Shown here: positions 57,850-64,000 of the stretch, one piece after another
Layout of the letters: the number at the start of each line of letters is the position of its first letter
How positions within the stretch are numbered: the stretch's first letter is position 1
Source: Schizochytrium sp. TIO01
Taxonomy: Eukaryota; Protista; Bigyra: Labyrinthulomycetes
Direction of reading: 5' to 3'
DNA length: 64,000 nt
Assembly (NCBI GenBank): GCA_004764695.1
Contig: SMSO01000005.1
Coordinates: 1,612,001-1,676,000 of the forward strand
Program-made: the position numbers and the translations under genes
Notes under the pieces: model-generated
What the model saw: the letters and a program-made list of their open reading frames with translations, nothing else
Database searches by the model: none
What the model was told of the DNA's origin: nothing

Positions 57850-59600
57850 ATCAAGCATGATTATACAAGTTGTGAAAGGAGGCGGTAAAGAGTTGTTTCC
57901 GACACGCCTGAGTTTATGACGGAACGTTTTGTTTGATTCAATGTATCTCTGTCATCGCAACGGAAGGAAACAGAATAGTCCCAAACACAAGGCTTATTGT
58001 GCCACCCCCCCAGTGAGGGCAAACGGCAAGAACGCAGAGGATTTAATCCGTGCACAACTTTGAAAACTGTCAAAAATGCTGGACCGTGCCAGATCAATAG
58101 CTATTCTAACTTAGGTTTTTTTACCATAGTATAAGGATTAGTTGGAAAGAGTAGTAAGAGTGACGCCAGACGTTGAAAATCAAGCACTAATTAATACAAT
58201 GACAGCATTAGTTTCACACTACAGTAGGCTAGGGCCCGTGAGACTGTCTAATCAAATAGCAGCTCGGTGCCAGTCACTCCAGCAAACGAACCATGCTAAT
58301 CTTTTTATGAAAGTTTTTTTGCTAGGTTTTTCTTTTCGAAAGGCGTAATATAGCAATATGACATGACTGTATAGTTCACTCGGTTGTCGCACGCCATGCG
58401 TGCGGCCAATCGACATTTAGGTAACACGTCGAATTCGGTTTCTAACTGACCACGATTAATGTACTGTCATACCCTCAAGAGACTTTCATTTTACACAAGT
58501 GGGATATCCTAGGTATAAAATCACGCTGTGAATTGTAAATGATGACATCTGCCTAATAAGTATCGTGTCTCTTGCATGCTAAGAAACAATGTCTACCCTA
58601 ATAGACGTTTTCCTGAATATTTTGTTGATAGCAAGAAGACGTAGGTGTTTTGGAGGGTTTCTAGATATCATATCACCTATGCTTAATTTCTCAAGTTAGC
58701 AATCTTTTCAAATACTAATCTAGTCAAGCTCAAGCCATATCATTCAACCAATGTAAAAGATGCTGAGGCCTAATAACCGGGGGGCAGTCATACATTCATG
58801 GAGTGAATTCCTCAAGGCTCAGATCATCAAGACTGAGAATAGAGAATGCTTGCAAAGCTCTGTGCTTCATTTACTCAGACACATGTCAGCTTCGTACCTT
58901 TATATGTTTGACTTAGTATTCTTGATATTCTTGATTTCGCAGGGCTCGTTATGAAACCATCAGCCACATATCTCGCTCATCGTATAGGGCCTATATGATA
59001 AACCAGGCAATGTCTGTCTTCCTCCTGCATTTCCAACTCACAATATTGACTCTCCAATGAAGCTTCACTTGAAGATTTAAACCCTACTGGTAGAACAACT
59101 TTCTTTGTCGAGAGGTGGATTTAGGCACCTGAAAGCAAGGCTAGCGATGATTTAATGCTCTCTGAAATAATGATTAAGTTACCAATCCAGGAAACGCATA
59201 CGGAGAAACCACCACCTGAGCCACTAGTAAAAGAGTGTTGGTCCTATAGGACTAGGACATGAATGGGAGTAGTCAGAGACAAAGAGGGTGACTGGTACAC
59301 AAGGTAAGCTCGCATTCACTCAATGAATAAAGCACTTTCATATATTTTGCATGACTAAAATGCGAAGTATCTTAAGCTTACAGGTTCAATGTATCTATCT
59401 CAAAGCACTAAATTTGGTATAAATTAATCCAATTTGGTATATCAGCAGGCACCTACTTCCAATAGGGGAGATTACTGACACCTCCCGAGGACAATTAAAG
59501 CTTTGAGCTGTCCTGCATACATTTTAAGATTCGAACTCAAAAAAACAGTAACCAAAATGGTGACCAAATTTAATTTTCAGTTTTCCAATCATAAGTACGT
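57850..59600 (-). mobile_element. Eroded non-LTR retrotransposon (LINE) ORF2 relic A, RT region
   Basis: Minus-strand motif remnants in correct order: SYRTNTLL (about 59240; cf. NYRPISLL), Q*GFK (59080), LGLSIFYI..ND (58760; cf. LGPLLF..YIND), KTFIKR (58310), LTVFKVVHGLNP (58050). Many stops and frameshifts. Confidence 0.6.
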
Positions 59601-59949
59601 ACTCCCATGGGCCCCGAAACATGAGAAATACAATCGCCATTTAACACGTTTCTAAAACTCGGACATGTGTATAAATCAAGGTGCGGCAATGACTGAAGGA
59701 GACGGAATAAAACACTTTAAGCTGTCTCTAAAATCGTGGGAATTTGTTTGTAAATGCAGAAACCTTATGGAAGAGTTCTTATCAATCATAAGATATCTGG
59801 TAACCTGAGCAGCTATTACATTGCCATGTAGTGTATTAAGCAAACTTCTACCTATATTGTAAATCTTGGACCTAGCTACTAGTTTTTAGGCTTTGACGAT
59901 CATGCTCTTACAGCTATGCATGGGCTTACAGAAAGCAACATTTGGCATC

Positions 59950-62300
59950 ATGATGAAAACTGGATCTGGTTAGCTAGAGGTTGGCGGCGACCATAAAGAT
60001 GAAGGCAAAAGGCTTGAAGGAGGATTTGAAGAGGGAATAGGAAGGATCAATAAACTTTGACTTGAAGAGTTGGCGATCTACAGTCTTGCAATTCCATTCC
60101 AAAGCAGGCCCATTCATGTTTTAATCTGTAAAATAAAACAAACCTGATCTGTGCCCTACATAAGCGCATTCAAAGAGGCCAGATCAACGTGCCTCTTCGA
60201 TCATTCGTCAATATAGACCTCGCCATATTTATCCAATCAAGTTGCATGTTCACTTCAGCTTCTTGGTTTCCTTGAACTCTCAAGCACACTTTTGGGTGTA
60301 TAGTTCGCAACGGACGTTATTTCTAATTTCTTTTGAAGACTTACAATAGAACGCCGTATGTTCTACATATGAACCTTCGATTCGATATCTCAGCAATTAT
60401 TTAAGCATCTGGCCTGACATTTAATTCTCCTCACCTCCCCATTTAGTCTTGGTTCGGGATATACAGGCCATTAGATAGATTGTCATTTGGGGCTAGAGCT
60501 TGCCCTTTGAAAGAAGAAAGCCCATATTTCGATGCCCTTGCTGATAAATGGACAGTCAGAAAAAATTCTTACGGGTATCATATCAGAACTTTACGAGTTC
60601 GTCTGTAAGCAATCACGCAAAGTAAAAGATAAGGAAAACACTAATCGGAAAAATATTTGAAGAGGAGCCAAAACCTACCTTGGGTTCACAGAGGTTAGGG
60701 TGTGGGAGGTTGCGCATGGGAAGTAGGGTTTGGAAGTTTGGGGATTCCTATAACGCATCACCGAGCCCGACATATTAACAATCAAAGCATCCAAATCCAC
60801 ACAAGAATTGAAATTTCCAAAAGGGGCAATTATGAGCTCAACGATGAATTCTCTCCCCTGGGGACCACAAAGCATCTGAAACAATCGTAAACAAGCTACG
60901 GAACAATTCAATATGGATGATATGTCTAAAGATGATCACATGAAGGAGTCAAGAGACTATCATGGGAAAACCTAGAGAAAAATATTTGCGAGACTCATCG
61001 CGAGCCTCTTTAAGCCTTGCCGCGAGAATCTTAGAGAGTCGTCATGAGTCAACCGTGAAACTGTTTACTTACCTTATAAATGACTACGTAAGACGAACGC
61101 GAGAATTTGTAGGACTAAAATGCCGTAACTGTGAGGCCTTGCTGAGATCTCCAATCGAAGGAACTAGTAGACAAGACATTGATAGAATTCTTGGCGTCCC
61201 ATCATGGGTTTACAATAGAGCAAGAATAGGCAGCCAGATTCGTGTGGCCGCTGGAGCCAAGAATAACTAGAAGTGTGAATACACATTACCTACTTCCAAG
61301 CATGGTGTAGCTTGAATCGATGGTTTAGAGGTTGAACTAACCTAACCCCATCGATTATCTCTAACAACTTTCAAGAATATCTTAATCTCCTTAATTACTA
61401 CATGAACCCATCTGTCCTGGAATTCATTCTCCAGGATAGTAGTTCGCTAACTCTTAAAATTACCCTTCTTAAGCCTTCATCAAGCCTCTAGTCTTCATCT
61501 TTACAGTCAACCTGAAGCTAATCAGAATCTCCTTTGAGTAGGCCTCACGAGAAGAATGGGGGCCACAACGGCTTGATCCTCGTACCTGACATTTATCGTC
61601 TTTTTATGAGAACTAAGTTCGTGCAGTCAAGAATTGAATCCATACTAGGATTGCCTATGTCCTGTTGATTCACCGAAACGAGGAACCACACATAGACAAG
61701 CTGTAGCTGAAGTATTAAGAGGTTCGATGAGTTAATTCATGAATTTGATTTCATTTTTGTGTATGTAGGTCTTCAACCCCCTCGAACCTCATTCGAGAAT
61801 CTTTTTTATTGCTGCTGACATTTAACCTCTCTACGTATGCAATACTGTCATTTAGGGCTTAGTCTGGTAAATGAGGATGCTCGTAGAGCTATAGGTTTCA
61901 ACATGACTGATAAAACATATAGATTTCAAAATCTGATTTTTTCAACGCACATCCATAAAAAAAGGTCGAAGCAAGTAAGTGCATCTTGCATGAGATCAAA
62001 CGCCTGGTCTATAGGATCACACGAACAAAATCCTCTCCGCAGAGCTCTGTAGTAGCAAACACATCATAAAGCAGATCTCCTCAGTAGTACTGTCTAGACG
62101 CAACCTACTTATTGAAGCAATATATAGCTAAGTGTCTAGCCTGCCTAACCTCACCTAACATCACCCAACCTAGCTCTCCTGTCCGACGCCTCCTGTCTAT
62201 TGGACTGACATACTACATTCACCCTGCCTGGATCCAGACCCGAAACCCCAAAAACTCAAATGTCGTTTTCTTCGTCTTTCTCCTGAGTTCGCCATCCTGG
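59950..62300 (-). mobile_element. Eroded LINE ORF2 relic B (APE endonuclease + RT)
   Basis: Ordered remnants: ILFV*SYRPG (62010; APE YRPP), GNPSMDSIL and EDQAVV (61640-61570), SLDISS (60925), SV.PQG.VLAPL (60661-60694), AY.DEL (60600; YADD), LE.VQ (60275), FYRLKH (60125), LLWNGI...LFKSK (60100-60060). Frameshifts were allowed in reading these. Confidence 0.7.
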
Positions 62301-62799
62301 TCAGTCTACCTCTGGACGCTTCACAGCACAAATTACTCTATGACATTTTTGTAAGTTCGCATGAAATCAGCATGAGACTCCTGTTTGGGAAATGGCACAG
62401 GACCTCCCATTTGAGCTTCCTTTTATCACGGGACCTGCATTTGGGACTCAACTAACTCAAACCAAGCTAAACAGTAGAAAAATCATTTTAAAAGAGTATT
62501 CGCATATTTTAAAGCATCGAAGTAACAATATTATTGCTTATGGTTATGCAGAAATTTACTTTCAATTAATGAGCTAAAAGTATACCTTACGAACAAAACA
62601 CAATGATGCTTTTGATATGTTGCGGACAACAATGAAAGATTAAGTTAATGCAACACCGCCAGGGCCCTAGGAGATTGTAAGACTAAAACACTTTTCTGTG
62701 GTCTCCTGATCACTAACTCAAAAGACAAAACTCTTTCGCCTCCACAGTTTACTATATTTGACGTTTATATCTTGGTTACATCTTCATTGGTCAACTTTC

Positions 62800-64000
62800 T
62801 AGCTGATAAAATTGAATTTATACTTACATCAAACTGCTACAAGAATTCTGCTTGGTGTGGATTTGTTGTACTTCTTAATTTCAAAATGTGTAAATTAAGC
62901 AAATAGCAACCGTATCGCCACAGCAAGAAAGAAAGCGAAGCCAGATATTTGTAAGTGAGATCATCCATTAAGGGACAAACTTCAAAACCATTTTTCGGAG
63001 CCCCTCTGCACACAAACATTAGTTCTGAACGATTTCGATAGTTCCAATGCTAGGGAAAGACAACCAAAGGGTTCAGGAGTCCGAGTTGCTTAATAGTGCC
63101 TCTCTTTAAGATGATACACTGTTGACTGATCATGCTTAGGTTGATGGCTGAGAAGATAACGGAAGAAAATTTACCCAAGCACATGATGAATCCATTTGCG
63201 TTTGTATTCTTATCCATAGCAAAACAGACCACTGGATATAGCAACCGGAAGTCACACCGTCTGAAAGACCTCACAATATGAAAAAACTGACCTTCATCTC
63301 GACAATCAATCTTCAGTTAGCCAGAGCACAACCCTTATAAAATGAAAGAAATCTAGTTTGCTACCTCTATCTTTGAACAAGCATGATAAACTACGACCTG
63401 TAGATGGATCTAAAGAAAAACGTTGGGACTTGTTCAGCAAGCGTTGAAAAAAGATTAGGCCAAAGAAGCCTGCATGCTAGTATAAAGTATAGAATGACCA
63501 AGAAAGCATTGAGCCTTCTAACATGCCGGCTGTTGATTTCGGACACGAATGCCAGAGGAGAAACATCCATGGTTTACGAAAACCAATGAGTCTTCTGCGT
63601 ATAATACCAACTGTTAAAATTTCCATGCAGATCTTCTGCTATCACTCACTCTCCAGTGGCAGCTATCTATACTTCGTTGTAACCACTTAGTTGGAATACT
63701 TAGGCATTCTTCTTGAAGCTCATCTGAGTCTTACAGAAACGTCTAGAGCCTTGGCTGCATTCGATGGAAATGTATCTTCGATGCTGAATTTTAGGTTGTC
63801 CGCAGAGTATCTCATTCGCTTCCTGGCAAGGTTAGTGTAGAAGAGGAATGAAAGAAATTCTTACGTGGATGCATCTCATTGACTTTTTCTTGACGATGCC
63901 CAGGAGCTGTAGGAAAATTAAGTATTTTACTAGCCCTCGTAAATTTCGGAGAACGACAACCGAAAATCCAAATGGACTCAACACAGCGAAAGTTCTTAGC
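62800..64000 (-). mobile_element. Eroded LINE RT relic C, probably continuing beyond the window
   Basis: NSRHVRRLNAFLVI (63520; cf. NYRPISLLN..YKI), FFIL*GLSDGV (63270; cf. D..KAFD.V), RGTIKQLGLLNPLVVF (63080; cf. RGV.QG..LSPLLF). Confidence 0.45.

Noticed and set aside
1-64000. CRISPR arrays, rRNA, tRNA and telomeric arrays
   Set aside because: No repeat-spacer structure, rRNA or tRNA signature, or TTAGGG-type array was recognised; small RNAs could be missed by eye.

Overview
This is eukaryotic, intron-poor DNA. It is most consistent with a stramenopile protist such as a thraustochytrid/labyrinthulomycete; this is inferred from the axonemal dynein, a mitochondrion-targeted pyruvate kinase, single-exon genes and microsatellite-rich spacers. 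The first 38.8 kb is gene-rich. It holds the 3' end of an outer-arm-type dynein heavy chain, a TB2/DP1/HVA22 protein, and an ADCY10-like nucleotidyl cyclase with a C-terminal CaaX box and altered substrate residues. It also holds a WW/EF-hand/coiled-coil/ARM protein (probably one gene split by two compensating indels), an N-acylated multi-RGS protein, an LRR protein and a mitochondrial pyruvate kinase. Further along are a divergent G-alpha carrying the classic RGS-insensitive Gly-to-Ser change and a type I membrane protein fusing a cupredoxin-like site to a DUF305/CopM-like domain. Several spacers hold decayed HET-, LRR- and ankyrin-like coding relics. The 39-57.6 kb region is a gene desert of microsatellites, AT tracts and GC islands. 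The 57.8-64 kb region holds three heavily eroded, co-oriented LINE ORF2 relics. All family calls come from recognising motifs by eye; no database search was run.
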